Shown here one piece after another: positions 44,022-55,563 of a DNA stretch of 64,000 nucleotides (its first letter is position 1; the number at the start of each line of letters is the position of its first letter). Source of the DNA: Alphaproteobacteria bacterium. Lineage in GTDB: Bacteria > Pseudomonadota > Alphaproteobacteria > JAJFFI01. Location of the stretch: the NCBI GenBank assembly GCA_030066595.1, contig JASJBI010000036.1, positions 10,456-74,455 on the forward strand, in the 5' to 3' direction. Made by a program: the position numbers and the translations under genes. The notes beneath the pieces are model-generated. The model did no database searches, was not told the origin of the DNA, and saw only the letters and a list, made by a program, of their open reading frames with translations.

Positions 44022-45404
44022 TCAGAAGGCCGCCGCGACGCGGCCGTCGGCCGCACCGCGCTCGTCTTTCAGCCCTTCGGAGATGAGGAAAGCGAGCTCC
44101 AGCGCCTGGCTGGCGTTCAGCCGCGGGTCGCAATGGGTGTGGTAGCGGTGGGCCAGGTCCTCTTCGGAGATCGCCTGGGCGCCGCCGATGCACTCGGTCA
44201 CGTTTTGCCCCGTCATCTCGAAATGCACCCCACCGGCATGGGTCCCCTCGGCCCGGTGCACGGCGAAGAAGCCCTTAACCTCGCGCAGGATGCGGTCGAC
44301 CGCACGGGTCTTGTAGCCGGTCGAGGATTTGACCGTGTTGCCGTGCATGGGATCGCAGGACCAGACCACGGTGCGCCCTTCGCGGACGAGCCTGCGGACC
44401 AGGGGCGGCAGCTTGACCTCGACCTGGTCGGCCCCCATGCGCGCGATCAGCGTCAGCCGCCCGGGCTCGTTCTCGGGGTTCAGCAGGTCGCAGAGCCGCA
44501 GCAGGTCGTCCTCGGCCATCGACGGCCCGCATTTGATGCCGACCGGGTTCTTGATGCCGCGCGCGAACTCGACATGGGCGCCCTCCGGATCGCGGGTGCG
44601 GTCGCCGATCCACAGCATGTGGGCCGAGCAGTCGTACCAGTCGCCGGTCAGACTGTCGCAGCGGGTCAGCGCCTGCTCGTAGGTCAACAGCAGCGCTTCG
44701 TGCGAGGTGTAGAACTCGGTCTCGCGGATCTGCGGGGCCGCGTCCGCGGTCATGCCGCAGGCCTCCATGAAGGCGAGCGCGTCGGCGATCCGGTCGGCCA
44801 GCTCCTCGTAGCGTTCGCCGGCCGGGCTGTCGGACACGAAATCCTGGGTCCAGCGATGCACCTTGTGCAGATCGGCGAAGCCGCCCTGGGCGAAGGCACG
44901 CAACAGGTTCAGCGTTGCGGCGGCCTGATAATAGGCCTGCACCATGCGCTCCGGGTCGGGCGCGCGGCCGGCCGCTTCGAAATCGATATGATTGATGATG
45001 TCGCCGCGATAGCTGGGCAGCTCGACCCCATCATGGGTCTCGGTCGGCTCGGAGCGCGGCTTGGCGAACTGGCCGGCGAGCCGCCCCACCTTGACCACCG
45101 GGCAGGCCGCGGCATAGGTCAGCACCACCGCCATCTGCAAGAGCACCCGGAAGGTGTCGCGGATGTTGTCGGGGTGAAACTCGGCGAAGCTCTCCGCGCA
45201 GTCGCCGCCCTGGAGCAGAAAAGCCTGGCCGTCCGCCACCTTGGCGAGCTGCGCCTTGAGCTGGCGCGCCTCGCCGGCGAAGACCAGCGGCGGGAAGCCG
45301 CGCAGCCGCTCCTCCACGGCCTTGAGCGCGGACCCGTCCGGATAGTCCGGCACCTGGCGGATCGGCCGGTCCCGCCAGCTCTCTGGCGTCCATTTCGCGG
45401 GCAT
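44022..45404 (-). CDS. Class II 3-deoxy-7-phosphoheptulonate (DAHP) synthase
   Basis: ..W....A.Q.P.YPD...L..V...L...PPLVFAGE.., ..[11 protein letters not shown].., ..[11 protein letters not shown].. pattern. 460 aa. Confidence 0.9.
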   Translation of the reverse strand: MPAKWTPESWRDRPIRQVPDYPDGSALKAVEERLRGFPPLVFAGEARQLKAQLAKVADGQAFLLQGGDCAESFAEFHPDNIRDTFRVLLQMAVVLTYAAACPVVKVGRLAGQFAKPRSEPTETHDGVELPSYRGDIINHIDFEAAGRAPDPERMVQAYYQAAATLNLLRAFAQGGFADLHKVHRWTQDFVSDSPAGERYEELADRIADALAFMEACGMTADAAPQIRETEFYTSHEALLLTYEQALTRCDSLTGDWYDCSAHMLWIGDRTRDPEGAHVEFARGIKNPVGIKCGPSMAEDDLLRLCDLLNPENEPGRLTLIARMGADQVEVKLPPLVRRLVREGRTVVWSCDPMHGNTVKSSTGYKTRAVDRILREVKGFFAVHRAEGTHAGGVHFEMTGQNVTECIGGAQAISEEDLAHRYHTHCDPRLNASQALELAFLISEGLKDERGAADGRVAAAF

Positions 45405-45524
45405 CGTTCCTATCCAATCATGGTGGGGCCTAGCCCCGGATCTGCATGACCTATAAGCCCGCGGGGCCGCCAATTCCAGTGATTTCAGAGGGCTCGCGGA
45501 CCAGCGGTAGTGGCATGATCCAAG

Positions 45525-45551
45525 AAAAAAGGGCCGCGCCAGGCGCGGCCC
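45525..45551 (-). terminator. Rho-independent terminator of groESL
   Basis: The minus strand reads gggccgcgcctggcgcggccc followed by tttttt, 35 nt downstream of the groEL stop. Confidence 0.8.
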
Positions 45552-45585
45552 TTCCAGGTCCAGGATGTTTCTTGTTCTGGCTTTC

Positions 45586-47247
<1,662 letters not shown>

Positions 47248-47583
47248 TTAAGCAGCCTTCTTGACCGAGCCCTTCTTGGCAGGCTTTGCAGCCGTCCCTT
47301 CCAGGACGCCAAGGATGTCGGACTCCTTCATGATCACGTAGTCTTGCCCGTCGACCTTAACTTCGGTGCCGGACCACTTGCCGAACAGCACCCGATCGCC
47401 GACCTTGACGTCGAGGGGCTGGATCTTGCCGGCCTCGTCCCGGGCGCCGGGACCGACGGCGACTACCTCGCCCTCTTGCGGCTTTTCCTTGGCCGTATCT
47501 GGAATGATGACGCCGCCCGCGGTCCGCTCTTCGCTCTCCAGCGCGCGCAGCAGGACGCGGTCGTGCAGGGGCCTGAATTTCAT
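47248..47583 (-). CDS. groES: Co-chaperonin GroES (with Lys/Ala-rich C-terminal extension)
   Basis: [11 protein letters not shown]......E.T.GGIIIPD.AKEKP..GEV.AVG.G.. . 111 aa. Confidence 0.95.
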   Translation of the reverse strand: MKFRPLHDRVLLRALESEERTAGGVIIPDTAKEKPQEGEVVAVGPGARDEAGKIQPLDVKVGDRVLFGKWSGTEVKVDGQDYVIMKESDILGVLEGTAAKPAKKGSVKKAA

Positions 47584-47636
47584 CAGCTACCTCCGGTTTT
47601 CCTTGTCAGACAGTTCGGTGAAACGCTTCGTAAATT

Positions 47637-47663
47637 TTAGCACTCATGCGAGATGAGTGCTAA
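47637..47663. promoter_or_regulatory. CIRCE element (HrcA operator), perfect consensus
   Basis: TTAGCACTC-atgcgagat-GAGTGCTAA lies 54 nt upstream of the groES ATG. Confidence 0.9.
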
Positions 47664-47671
47664 CAACCCCG

Positions 47672-47700
47672 ATTTATAATTGGAAACCAAGGCTTTCAAG
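47672..47700 (-). promoter_or_regulatory. Putative groESL promoter (CTTGAA-N16-TATAAAT on minus strand)
   Basis: -35 at 47695-47700 and -10 at 47672-47678, immediately upstream of CIRCE. This is the classical promoter/CIRCE arrangement. Confidence 0.5.
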
Positions 47701-47749
47701 ACCCTGGCGGGAAAAAATTTTCAGCCCCCGCAACGGGCTTGGTAGCGGT

Positions 47750-47776
47750 CTGGCACTCGCCCCGCCTGAGTGCTAA
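47750..47776. promoter_or_regulatory. Second CIRCE-like inverted repeat (2 mismatches in one arm)
   Basis: cTgGCACTC-gccccgcct-GAGTGCTAA lies 93 nt upstream of the usg ATG. Confidence 0.5.
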
Positions 47777-47868
47777 TAACGCTTTGATAATTCACGTTTT
47801 TTTAATTGCGATGAGGGAAAATAGCGGCCAAGCTTGGAGGCACAGCGGATTTCTTCGGGGGATCGCGC

Positions 47869-48150
47869 ATGTTCGAGTTGGATATCGAGTTCGAGAGCAG
47901 GGTGCCGTTGCTGAGGACCTGCCTGGCAACGGCAGAGATCCTGTATCACATGCCCGACTACCCGGATCTGCTGCAGACCTATATCTGGCAGAACACCGAT
48001 CTGGCGCCGGAGCTTCCAGCCCTCAAGCGATTCCTGGAGTTCTGGGAGCGCAATCTGGACGGCCGGCTGCATTCGGTCCGCGTCACGGCGGCCAAGCTGG
48101 TGCGTACGGCCGAGCTCTGCCACGCGGACGCCGAGTTCCGGCTGCATTAA
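47869..48150 (+). CDS. usg: Usg-family protein
   Basis: ..LTTAEILYHMPDYP.LLQ.YIWQ..DLAP.FP.L..FL.FW...L.G.LHSV.. pattern (recalled Usg family). Confidence 0.8.
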   Translation: MFELDIEFESRVPLLRTCLATAEILYHMPDYPDLLQTYIWQNTDLAPELPALKRFLEFWERNLDGRLHSVRVTAAKLVRTAELCHADAEFRLH

Positions 48151-49757
48151 TCCGCGGCGGCCGTCTTCGGGTCGAACGCCCGCAATAGGATCCCAGGCAA
48201 CCGTTCCATCCCGCCCAGCGCCGGCCGGGCTGGGATCAGGCCGCTTCGAAAGCCCTTGCCCAGAAGCCTCTCGTGCAAGGCCTTGTCCCGCGTGAAGATG
48301 TGCACCGGCGCCGCCCAGCTCCGACCGGGCCCGGTCACGATCGCCGGCGGCTGGTGATCCCCCAGGGCGACGACCACGGCATTCCGCCCGGCCCGCTCGG
48401 CCAGGAACCCGCCCAGCACATCCAAATCGTAGCGGATGGTCCGGACAAAGGCGCCGGCGATCTGGGCCCACTCCTGGTCGGGCACCAGCGCGTCGGCGAG
48501 CACGTCGGGGCCGTAGGGCTGGGCCGTGGTCAGCCCGGCCCAATCGGGTTGATACGGGGGCGTCGGGGTGAACGGCATGTGGCTCATGATCGTTGGAAAG
48601 ACGACGAACAGGGGTTTTCGGCCGGGACGCGCGATCTCCTGCTGGTACAGCCGCTCCAGACTGAACTGGTCCGGGATCCCCCACCAGCCGAAGGCCGGGC
48701 CCCGGTAGTCTAGCGCGGCCGCATCGTACACCCGGTCGAACCGCAACGAGGCGCCCTGCGGCCACTCATGCTTGATGCCGGGGACCAAAGCGACCGTCCG
48801 ATAGCCGGCGCCGCGGAACCGGTCGACCAGGGTTTCCGGGGTGTCGGCGATGAAGGCCTCGTAGAGCTGCGGGCTCGACACGCCGGCGCCCGACAGGAAG
48901 CTTGCATGGGACAGCCATGAGGCGCCGCCGAAGGTCGGCGCGATGACATAGGCCGTGGCGACATTCCAGCCCGCCGACGCCACCTGCGCCGCCAGTTCTG
49001 CGTAGCGACCCGCCAGCGGCGTCGCGTGGCGCGGCTCCTCGAACACGGTGGCGCCGTAGGATTCCAGGAACAGCACGAACACGTCGCGCCCGCCGAGGGC
49101 CCGGAGGTCGGCCGCGGGTAGCGGGTCCGCAGCCGGCGGCAGGGCGGCCCGCGCCGACGACGCCTCGAGCCAGAGCCCGGCCTGGCGTACGAAGTTGGCG
49201 GAGACGGGCGGCGCGAAGAGCGGCACGCCGGCGGCGTATAGCACGGCCACGGCGGCGCTCAGACCGGCCGTCATGCGCCGGACCGGCGCACAGCGAAGGC
49301 CGCGTCCGAGCAGGCCCAGCAGCAGATAGATCGCCAGTCCCGCCAGGGTCACCACGGCCAAGACGATGAGCCCCAGGACGACGAACTTCCAGAACCCCGC
49401 CGCCGCGTAAGCCATCTCGAAGATGCGCGGCAGGTGCCGGGCTTCCCAGTGCAGGTTGATGGGCCGGCCGAACAGCCCGGCGGTGATGACCTCGCCGTAG
49501 CGGCCCAGACTCAAGGTCAGGAGCAGCGCCGTCAAAGCAATGCGCAGCCCCGGCCGGAGCGGGTCGACCCGTCCCGCCGCCAGCGCGAGGACAAGCACCA
49601 GCACGGCAAGTTCGATGGACAAGAGGGCCGCGGGCCGGGTCCACAGGGTCGGCCAGACGTGCGCCATGGTCAGCGGCAGGTTCAAGAGCGCGACGGCGAC
49701 CGCACAGGCGATCGCCTGCCGCGCGATCGGAGGACGCGAATCCGGCCCGGGGGTCAT
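48147..49757 (-). CDS. Membrane-anchored sulfatase-like (alkaline-phosphatase superfamily / LTA-synthase-type) protein
   Basis: About 5 N-terminal TM helices, then ..DVFVLFLESYG.. and ..GDHQPP.. motifs. The ATG at 49757 is chosen because upstream in-frame sequence overlaps the GST gene. Confidence 0.65.
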   Translation of the reverse strand: MTPGPDSRPPIARQAIACAVAVALLNLPLTMAHVWPTLWTRPAALLSIELAVLVLVLALAAGRVDPLRPGLRIALTALLLTLSLGRYGEVITAGLFGRPINLHWEARHLPRIFEMAYAAAGFWKFVVLGLIVLAVVTLAGLAIYLLLGLLGRGLRCAPVRRMTAGLSAAVAVLYAAGVPLFAPPVSANFVRQAGLWLEASSARAALPPAADPLPAADLRALGGRDVFVLFLESYGATVFEEPRHATPLAGRYAELAAQVASAGWNVATAYVIAPTFGGASWLSHASFLSGAGVSSPQLYEAFIADTPETLVDRFRGAGYRTVALVPGIKHEWPQGASLRFDRVYDAAALDYRGPAFGWWGIPDQFSLERLYQQEIARPGRKPLFVVFPTIMSHMPFTPTPPYQPDWAGLTTAQPYGPDVLADALVPDQEWAQIAGAFVRTIRYDLDVLGGFLAERAGRNAVVVALGDHQPPAIVTGPGRSWAAPVHIFTRDKALHERLLGKGFRSGLIPARPALGGMERLPGILLRAFDPKTAAAD

Positions 49758-49776
49758 GCCGTGGCGGCCGCCCGGC

Positions 49777-50376
49777 TCAGGCCGCCTTCGGCATCCCGAC
49801 GAAGCCCGGCAGGCTTTCGACGCGGCCAAGCCAGGCCTGGATCGCCGGGTATTCGCCCAGATCGATGCCGCCCTCGGGCGCACAGGCGGTGTAGGAATAG
49901 CAGGCCACATCGGCGATCGTCGGGCGATCCAGCGCGAGCCAGTCCTGGCGTTCCAGATGCGCGTTCATGACCGAGAACAGAGTCCGGGCCACGTCCGCAG
50001 CAGGGCCGTAGTCCAAAGGAAAGTTGAACGCCTTTACCAGACGGCAGACATTCGGGCCGCGATAGATCTCGCCGGCAGAGACCGATAGCCAGTGCTGCAC
50101 TCTGGCCAGATCGACCGGATCGTCCGGCAGCCAGTCGCCGTCGCCGTATTTGCGGGCGAGATAAACCAGGATGGCGTGGGAGTCCGGAACGATGGTGCCA
50201 TCGTCGTCCAGCACGGGCACCTGCCCGAACGGATTGATCGCCCGATAGTCCGCGCCGCGCTGTTCACCGCCCAAGAGATCGACGGTGATGCTCTCGTAGT
50301 CCAGGCCCAGGATCCCGAGCATCAGCCGCACCGTGTGGGCGTGCCCGGACAGCGGAAAGTCATAGAGCGTGATCAT
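49777..50376 (-). CDS. Glutathione S-transferase
   Basis: MITLYDFPLSGHAH.VRL.L...GL.YE...VDL..GEQ....Y..INPFGQVPVL.DDG.. . Confidence 0.85.
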   Translation of the reverse strand: MITLYDFPLSGHAHTVRLMLGILGLDYESITVDLLGGEQRGADYRAINPFGQVPVLDDDGTIVPDSHAILVYLARKYGDGDWLPDDPVDLARVQHWLSVSAGEIYRGPNVCRLVKAFNFPLDYGPAADVARTLFSVMNAHLERQDWLALDRPTIADVACYSYTACAPEGGIDLGEYPAIQAWLGRVESLPGFVGMPKAA

Positions 50377-50421
50377 CGGCGTCCTCCCTCTGCGCCTGCG
50401 CGCCGGCGTGGCCGGGACGGC

Positions 50422-51027
50422 TCAGCCCGCGCGTCTTTCCCTGCATGCCGCGAGCTCGGCCTCGAGCTCGGCGATCCTTTGTTGCAGGCCGGCGACGGCC
50501 TTGGCCACTTCGGCTTCCGTGTAGCGCGGTGTGATGTGCTGGGGACAGTTCGCGTCCCACTGCGCAATCTCGAACAGGATCGCCTGCTCCGGCACCGCAC
50601 TATAGCCGGGATCGACCAGTTTCTCCATCAACGCCGGGTCGTCCTCGACCATCCGGGCCCGCCCCCAGATCTTAATGCGCTGACGGTTGGCGTAATCCAT
50701 GAGAAACAGGAACGCCCGATCGTTGTCGGCGAGGTTTCCCGCGGTGATGTACTGTTTGTTGCCGCGGAAGTCGGCCATCGCCAGGGTCCGTTCGTCCAGC
50801 ACCTTGAGAAACCCCTCGGGGCCGCCGCGATGCTGGATATAGGGCTGCCCGTCCGCGGTCGCGGTGCCGAGATAGAGCGAGTCCCGCTCGGCGATGAAGG
50901 CGGCGAGTTCAGGCGTCACCGACCGGTTGAAGGCGCCCTTCTCCTCCATCCGGGCATAACTCGCGCGCGAGCCCCGGCGCGCCTGGTAGGCCTTGGCCGA
51001 GGGCGTAAACGCGATGTGCCCCGTCAT
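50422..51027 (-). CDS. Pyridoxamine 5'-phosphate oxidase-like FMN-binding protein
   Basis: ..F......LGTA.ADGQPYIQHRGGP.GFL.VLD..TL...DF.GN.QY.. . Confidence 0.8.
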   Translation of the reverse strand: MTGHIAFTPSAKAYQARRGSRASYARMEEKGAFNRSVTPELAAFIAERDSLYLGTATADGQPYIQHRGGPEGFLKVLDERTLAMADFRGNKQYITAGNLADNDRAFLFLMDYANRQRIKIWGRARMVEDDPALMEKLVDPGYSAVPEQAILFEIAQWDANCPQHITPRYTEAEVAKAVAGLQQRIAELEAELAACRERRAG

Positions 51028-51167
51028 GACGCCGTCTCCTCCTGCACCTCCGGGAAGCAGCCGGCTGTCGGCGAAGCGCTCCAGATGTCGTAGCAGGCCA
51101 GCAACCTGTTCAGGCCATCATAGTCACCCTGGCGGCTTTGCACCGCATCGATCAGCTGTTGTTCCAT
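51024..51167 (-). CDS. Small hypothetical protein (47 aa)
   Basis: AGGAGG SD, and an ATGA stop/start overlap with the downstream PNPOx-like gene. Confidence 0.4.
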   Translation of the reverse strand: MEQQLIDAVQSRQGDYDGLNRLLACYDIWSASPTAGCFPEVQEETAS

Positions 51168-51274
51168 GGCTTCCTCCTTGATCGGCGATCTCCACCCCTG
51201 GGCGGAGCGGTGCGCGCGGCAGGCGCGCCGGGCCCGACGGGGAGCCGGGCCCAACGGTCCGGAATTAGCGTCGC

Positions 51275-51823
51275 CTAGGCCGCCCTCTTGCTGGCACGGA
51301 CGACGGGGAAGTCGATCTCCGTGTCGGCGACATGATTGGTGTAGTTGGTGAAGATGTTGAGCGCCACCGCAGCGACGATCTCGACGATCTCACCTTCGCC
51401 GTGGCCCGCGGCACGCACCGCCGCGAGATCCTCCTCGCTCGCCCAGCCGCGCTTCTCGACCAGGACCTTGGCAAAGCGCAACGCCGCCTGCGTCTTCGGA
51501 TCGGCCGATCGGCCTTCAAGGCCGGCCGTCAGCGCCGACGGCTCGAGACCGAGCGACTTGCCGATGGCGCTGTGCGCCGAAGCGCAGTAATCGCAATCGT
51601 TGGCCCCCGCCACGGTCAAGGCGATCAGCTCCCGCGTCTTGGCGTCCAGGCTGCTGCCGCCGAGCGTTTCACTGAGGCCGAGATAGGCCTGCAAGGCGGC
51701 CGGCGAGTTGCCGAGCACGCGCAGCAGATTGGGCACCGCGCCCAGCTTCTTCTGCACGGCGTCCAAAAGGGTCTTGGTCTTGCCCGCCGCCACGGCGGGA
51801 TCAACGGGTGTCAGTCTGCTCAT
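51275..51823 (-). CDS. Carboxymuconolactone decarboxylase/AhpD-like alkylhydroperoxidase family protein
   Basis: ..ELIALTVAGANDCDYCASAH.. CxxC-type AhpD motif. Confidence 0.85.
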   Translation of the reverse strand: MSRLTPVDPAVAAGKTKTLLDAVQKKLGAVPNLLRVLGNSPAALQAYLGLSETLGGSSLDAKTRELIALTVAGANDCDYCASAHSAIGKSLGLEPSALTAGLEGRSADPKTQAALRFAKVLVEKRGWASEEDLAAVRAAGHGEGEIVEIVAAVALNIFTNYTNHVADTEIDFPVVRASKRAA

Positions 51824-51892
51824 CGGTCATCTCCTCTCGTCTATGTTCGCCGGCAGGTCCTCTCGGAGTGCCGGCTTGGTTCGACTCAACAG

Positions 51893-51910
51893 ATAGACAG
51901 ATCTGTCTAT
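51893..51910. promoter_or_regulatory. 18-bp perfect palindrome ATAGACAGATCTGTCTAT (candidate TetR operator)
   Basis: Located 70 nt upstream of the AhpD-like ATG, in the divergent tetR intergenic region. Confidence 0.6.
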
Positions 51911-52086
51911 TTCGCAAGAGAGGCCCGTATTCACGAATGCGTGAGCCCCGAGGACGGCAGAAAACGGGACCGGGAAAATGGATTTGTTCTCTGCTTGTTG
52001 CACGCTTGCGCTAAGGCGATACTTGAGTACTGGCGAGTGGCGGCCAGCACGGTTCACTTGACGGCGAATCACGGACGCACTTAATT

Positions 52087-52108
52087 AAACAGACCAATCT
52101 GTCTGTTT
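52087..52108. promoter_or_regulatory. Related inverted repeat AAACAGAC-N6-GTCTGTTT (candidate autoregulatory operator)
   Basis: It shares the half-site ATCTGTCTG with the 51.9-kb and 42.46-kb palindromes and ends 3-12 nt before the tetR start codon candidates. Confidence 0.5.
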
Positions 52109-52119
52109 GAGTGAGATCC

Positions 52120-52686
52120 ATGACTGCCTCCCGACGCGATCACCTGGTCGACACGGCGCTCTCGTTGTTCAATCGCGACGGCTTCCACGCCACCGGAATC
52201 GACAAGATCCTGGCCGAGGCCGGAGTCGCCAAGATGACCCTGTACAACCACTTCAGGTCCAAGGAGGACCTGATCGCCGCCGCACTGCGCCGGCGCGACG
52301 AAGAGCTGCGCGACTGGTTCGTCGCCGAGGTCGAGCGGCGGGCCAAGGACCCGCGGGGCCGGCTCTTGGCGATCTTCGACGTGCTGGACGACTGGTTCAG
52401 CGAGCCGGATTTCGAAGGCTGCCTTTTTCTGAACGCCTGCGGCGAGTACCACACCCAGACGCACCCGATTCACCGGCTCTGCGCCGAGCACAAGGCCGAA
52501 GTGCACGGCTATGTGCGCCGGCTGGCCAAGGCCGCCGGGGCTGAGAAGCCCGGACGCCTGGCCAAACAGCTGGGCTTGTTGATGGAAGGCGCGACGGTGA
52601 TGGCGCACGCCGCCGGCGATACGTCCCCGGCGCGCCAGGCCAAGCGGGCCGCGGAAGTGCTGCTCAAGGCGGCCGGCATTTCCTGA
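52120..52686 (+). CDS. TetR/AcrR-family transcriptional regulator
   Basis: ..LFNRDGFHATGIDKILAEAGVAKMTLYNHFRSKEDL.. HTH. The start is the ATG at 52120 or the GTG at 52111. Confidence 0.85.
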   Translation: MTASRRDHLVDTALSLFNRDGFHATGIDKILAEAGVAKMTLYNHFRSKEDLIAAALRRRDEELRDWFVAEVERRAKDPRGRLLAIFDVLDDWFSEPDFEGCLFLNACGEYHTQTHPIHRLCAEHKAEVHGYVRRLAKAAGAEKPGRLAKQLGLLMEGATVMAHAAGDTSPARQAKRAAEVLLKAAGIS

Positions 52687-52724
52687 CCCGGCAGCGCTTG
52701 CGGCGGGCTGACAGGAGGCCGGCC

Positions 52725-53153
52725 ATGCAGAAGATCACCGCGAACCTGATGGTCGCGGACATGGGGGCGAGCCTCGCGTTCTATTGCGAGGTCCTCGGCT
52801 TCTCGCTGAGCATGGGCGTGTCGCCGGATCGCGAGATCCTCACCGACGGCCGTCCCCGCGCCGATCTGGTCTTTGCTCTGATCGTCAAGGACGCGGCGGA
52901 ACTCATGCTGCAGCGGCGCGACAGCATGACGGCGGATGTCCCTGCCTTCCCGGCCGACGCCGTTCCCGGCGGCACCTTTACCCTCTACATCCGCGGGGAA
53001 GACGCGGACGCCTTGGCGGCCCGCCTGCCCGCCGGCGTCGAGGTCATCAAAGGGCCGGAGACTAGCTGGTACGGCATGCGCGAGATCTTCATCCGGGACC
53101 CGGACGGCTATGTGCTCGCCCTGGGCGCCCCGGACGGCCCGTCGCCCGCCTGA
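52725..53153 (+). CDS. VOC (glyoxalase/bleomycin-resistance) family protein
   Basis: ..A.L.V.DM..SL.FY..VLGF.., ..WYGMREIFIRDPDGY.L.. . AGGAGG SD. Confidence 0.8.
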   Translation: MQKITANLMVADMGASLAFYCEVLGFSLSMGVSPDREILTDGRPRADLVFALIVKDAAELMLQRRDSMTADVPAFPADAVPGGTFTLYIRGEDADALAARLPAGVEVIKGPETSWYGMREIFIRDPDGYVLALGAPDGPSPA

Positions 53154-53289
53154 GCAATCGCGCCGCGCCATAGACGTGCGACCCTTTTCGCCACAGCTCT
53201 TGTGGTAGGCTGACCCTCTTGCAGCTCTATGCCTGGGAGGCTGGGATGACGATATTCGACGCCCTGCGCCTGGCCCGCGCGGGCCGGTC

Positions 53290-54120
53290 ATGAGTGAACC
53301 GGCGTTCTCCTGGGACGCCGCTTGCGCGGCGGCCTGGGGCAAGTGGTTTCACATTCTCGAAACAGCCGCCCAGCCGTTGAGCGACCGGATGGTCGCGCTG
53401 GCCGGGATCGAGCCGGGCCACCGGGTCCTGGATATCGCTACGGGTCTGGGCGAGCCGGCTATTACCGCGGCCCGCAGGGTTGGCCCCGAGGGCTCCGTGC
53501 TCGCGATCGATCTGTCCCCCGAAATGCTCGCTCTCGGCCGCCAGAGGGCCGAGGCGCTGGGGCTTGCCAACATCGCGTTCCAACACATGGATGCCCAGGC
53601 GCTGGACCTGCCGGACCGGTCCCTGGACGCCGTGCTCTGCCGCTGGGGTCTGATGTTCGTGCCCGATCTGGCGCGCACGCTCGCGGGCATCCGCCGCTGC
53701 CTGACCCCGGGCGGCCGCATTGCCGCGGCGGTCTGGGGACCGGCGGAATTGGCACCCGCGATCAGCCTCAGCGCGCGGGTGATCCACAAGTCCCTGGGCC
53801 TGCCGCCGCCCGACGAGGGCGCGCTCACGCCCTTCGCGTTCAGCGACGTGGAGACGCTCCTGGGGGCCCTCACGGCAAGCGGCTTCTCCGACGTTCAGGG
53901 CGAATGGCTGGCTCTGGACTTCGTCTTCGAGTCCGCCGAGACCTTCACCGCCTTTCGCCGGGACCGTTCCAAGCCCCTGCAACAAAAGATCGCCGACTAT
54001 CCCGAAGAGCAGCGAGAGGCGGCCTGGGACGCGGTCACCGAAGCGGCCCGCGCCTATGCCGCCGCGGACGGCGCGATTCGCATGAAAAACAAAGCGTTCT
54101 GCGCTTCGGCTCAGAACTAA
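53290..54120 (+). CDS. Class I SAM-dependent methyltransferase
   Basis: Motif I ..VLDIATGLGEPA.. and post-I ..V.AIDLSPEML.. . Confidence 0.8.
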   Translation: MSEPAFSWDAACAAAWGKWFHILETAAQPLSDRMVALAGIEPGHRVLDIATGLGEPAITAARRVGPEGSVLAIDLSPEMLALGRQRAEALGLANIAFQHMDAQALDLPDRSLDAVLCRWGLMFVPDLARTLAGIRRCLTPGGRIAAAVWGPAELAPAISLSARVIHKSLGLPPPDEGALTPFAFSDVETLLGALTASGFSDVQGEWLALDFVFESAETFTAFRRDRSKPLQQKIADYPEEQREAAWDAVTEAARAYAAADGAIRMKNKAFCASAQN

Positions 54121-54125
54121 GATGA

Positions 54126-54524
54126 TCAACCCGGTCGCCGGGCGATCATGTCGATCTCGACCAGCGCATCCTTGGCCAACGCGGTCACGCCGACGCAGGT
54201 GCGGGCCGGCAGCCGGTCGGCCGGGAAGTACTCCCGGTAGACCGCGTTCATTGCCGCGTAGTCGCGCTTGAACTCGGTCAGGTAGATGCGCACGCAGGTC
54301 ACGTCGGCAAGTCCGAGGCCCACGCCGTCCAGCACGATCAGCAGGTTGTCCATCACCCGCCGGGTCTGCGCTTCGACGCCCTCCGGCAGCGGCGCCGCGT
54401 CATCGTCCGGATCCGTCGGCATCTGGCCGGTCACGAACACCCAGCCCGCGGTCTCCGTGGCATGGCTGAAGGGCGCCACATGGGTCGGCGCGGCGGCGAT
54501 GTTGTGGAACAGAATGCCGCTCAC
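54126..54524 (-). CDS. RidA/YjgF-family protein
   Basis: ..PFSHA......VFVTGQ.P.D.., ..V...IYL.....DYAAMN.VY.EYF....PARTCV.V..L.....VEID.IA.. . GTG start overlaps the upstream stop (GTGA). Confidence 0.85.
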   Translation of the reverse strand: MSGILFHNIAAAPTHVAPFSHATETAGWVFVTGQMPTDPDDDAAPLPEGVEAQTRRVMDNLLIVLDGVGLGLADVTCVRIYLTEFKRDYAAMNAVYREYFPADRLPARTCVGVTALAKDALVEIDMIARRPG

Positions 54525-54898
54525 CCGGCCCCCTTCCCCGCCTTGAGCTCCACGGGCCGGCCGTGCGGCGTCGCCAGATAGGCGCGGCGCCAGTCCTCCT
54601 TGCGCGTGCCGAGCTCTTGCGGGTCGACCAGGCCCTTGGCCGTCGCCAGCGCCTCCAGCGCGTTGAGCCAGTGCCGGTAATAGGTGTCGCCGAGATCGGG
54701 ATCGCCCTGCGCCTGCGCGGCCTTGATTTCTGCGCCCAGCGCCTCGGCCCATTCGGCCCAGGTGAACACCCCGGCCTCAGACAGGCGCACGGCCAGGGCG
54801 AAGGCCTGCGCCTCCCAGGGCGCGCGGAAGACCGGCCCGTCGTCGTCACGCGGCAGAGCGGGCAGCGCGTCGAGCGGCGCGGCGCCCGTGCCGGTCAT
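54521..54898 (-). CDS. Nitrile hydratase accessory (activator) protein
   Basis: ..GPVF..PWEAQAFALAV.L.E.G.F.W.EW...L.. resembles NHase-beta-homologous activator proteins. ATGA overlap with nthB. Confidence 0.8.
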   Translation of the reverse strand: MTGTGAAPLDALPALPRDDDGPVFRAPWEAQAFALAVRLSEAGVFTWAEWAEALGAEIKAAQAQGDPDLGDTYYRHWLNALEALATAKGLVDPQELGTRKEDWRRAYLATPHGRPVELKAGKGAG

Positions 54899-55563
54899 GC
54901 CGGCTCCAGATGGTCGTCCCAGAGGTCGATGCGCACGCTGTCGTGCGCCGAGGCGTCGGTGCCCCAAAGCTCCTGCGCGGCGAAGCGCACACCATAGAGA
55001 TGCTGGCCCTCCCGGGTGCCGTGGGCGCTCTTGTCGGCGAACACATGCACGCCGTGGTCCACCTCGACGGTGCCGAACTTGCCCCGGGCGTAGCGCGGCG
55101 ACCGGGTGTGCCCGGTTGGGTTGATATTGCGCACATGCACGCGGTCTCCAGGGCGAAAGCGCGGCTCCAGCGGCACGTCCATCAGCGTGGGCCCGCCCTT
55201 GGTCATGGCCGGCTCCACCTTGTCGGCCTTGAGCACCCGCTCGGCCTGGGCCGCGTCGACCGGCCCGGCGGGCTGTCCTTGTGCGAGCTCCTCCGCCGTG
55301 ACCAGTTCGCTCTCGACCAGGAGTTTCTCGAGGCCCGCGAGCCAGTTCTCAAAATAGCTGTGCCGGATGTAGTCGGCCGGGTTCTGGCGCTCCCGCGCGT
55401 GCCGCGAGCCGTCGATCGTCCAGCGCCCATGGGACGCGCAAGCCAGCGTCATCGCAAAGACCCGCCGCTCCCAGTCCGCATGGAAGACGGGCTCGCTCGC
55501 CTCGGGCTCGGCGTCGATGGGCCCGAGCCCGTGCATGCCGCCGAGATCATGTCCCCCGTTCAT
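54895..55563 (-). CDS. nthB: Nitrile hydratase beta subunit
   Basis: [15 protein letters not shown].., ..F...WE.RVFA.., C-terminal ..RF..GD.V.V.N....GHTR.P.Y.RGK.G.V...HG..VF.D..A.G.. . Confidence 0.9.
   Translation of the reverse strand: MNGGHDLGGMHGLGPIDAEPEASEPVFHADWERRVFAMTLACASHGRWTIDGSRHARERQNPADYIRHSYFENWLAGLEKLLVESELVTAEELAQGQPAGPVDAAQAERVLKADKVEPAMTKGGPTLMDVPLEPRFRPGDRVHVRNINPTGHTRSPRYARGKFGTVEVDHGVHVFADKSAHGTREGQHLYGVRFAAQELWGTDASAHDSVRIDLWDDHLEPA

Noticed and set aside
48147-48150. Convergent usg and sulfatase-like genes share a palindromic TTAA, giving overlapping stop codons
   Set aside because: This is a real but trivial consequence of compact convergent genes and has no functional implication I can support.
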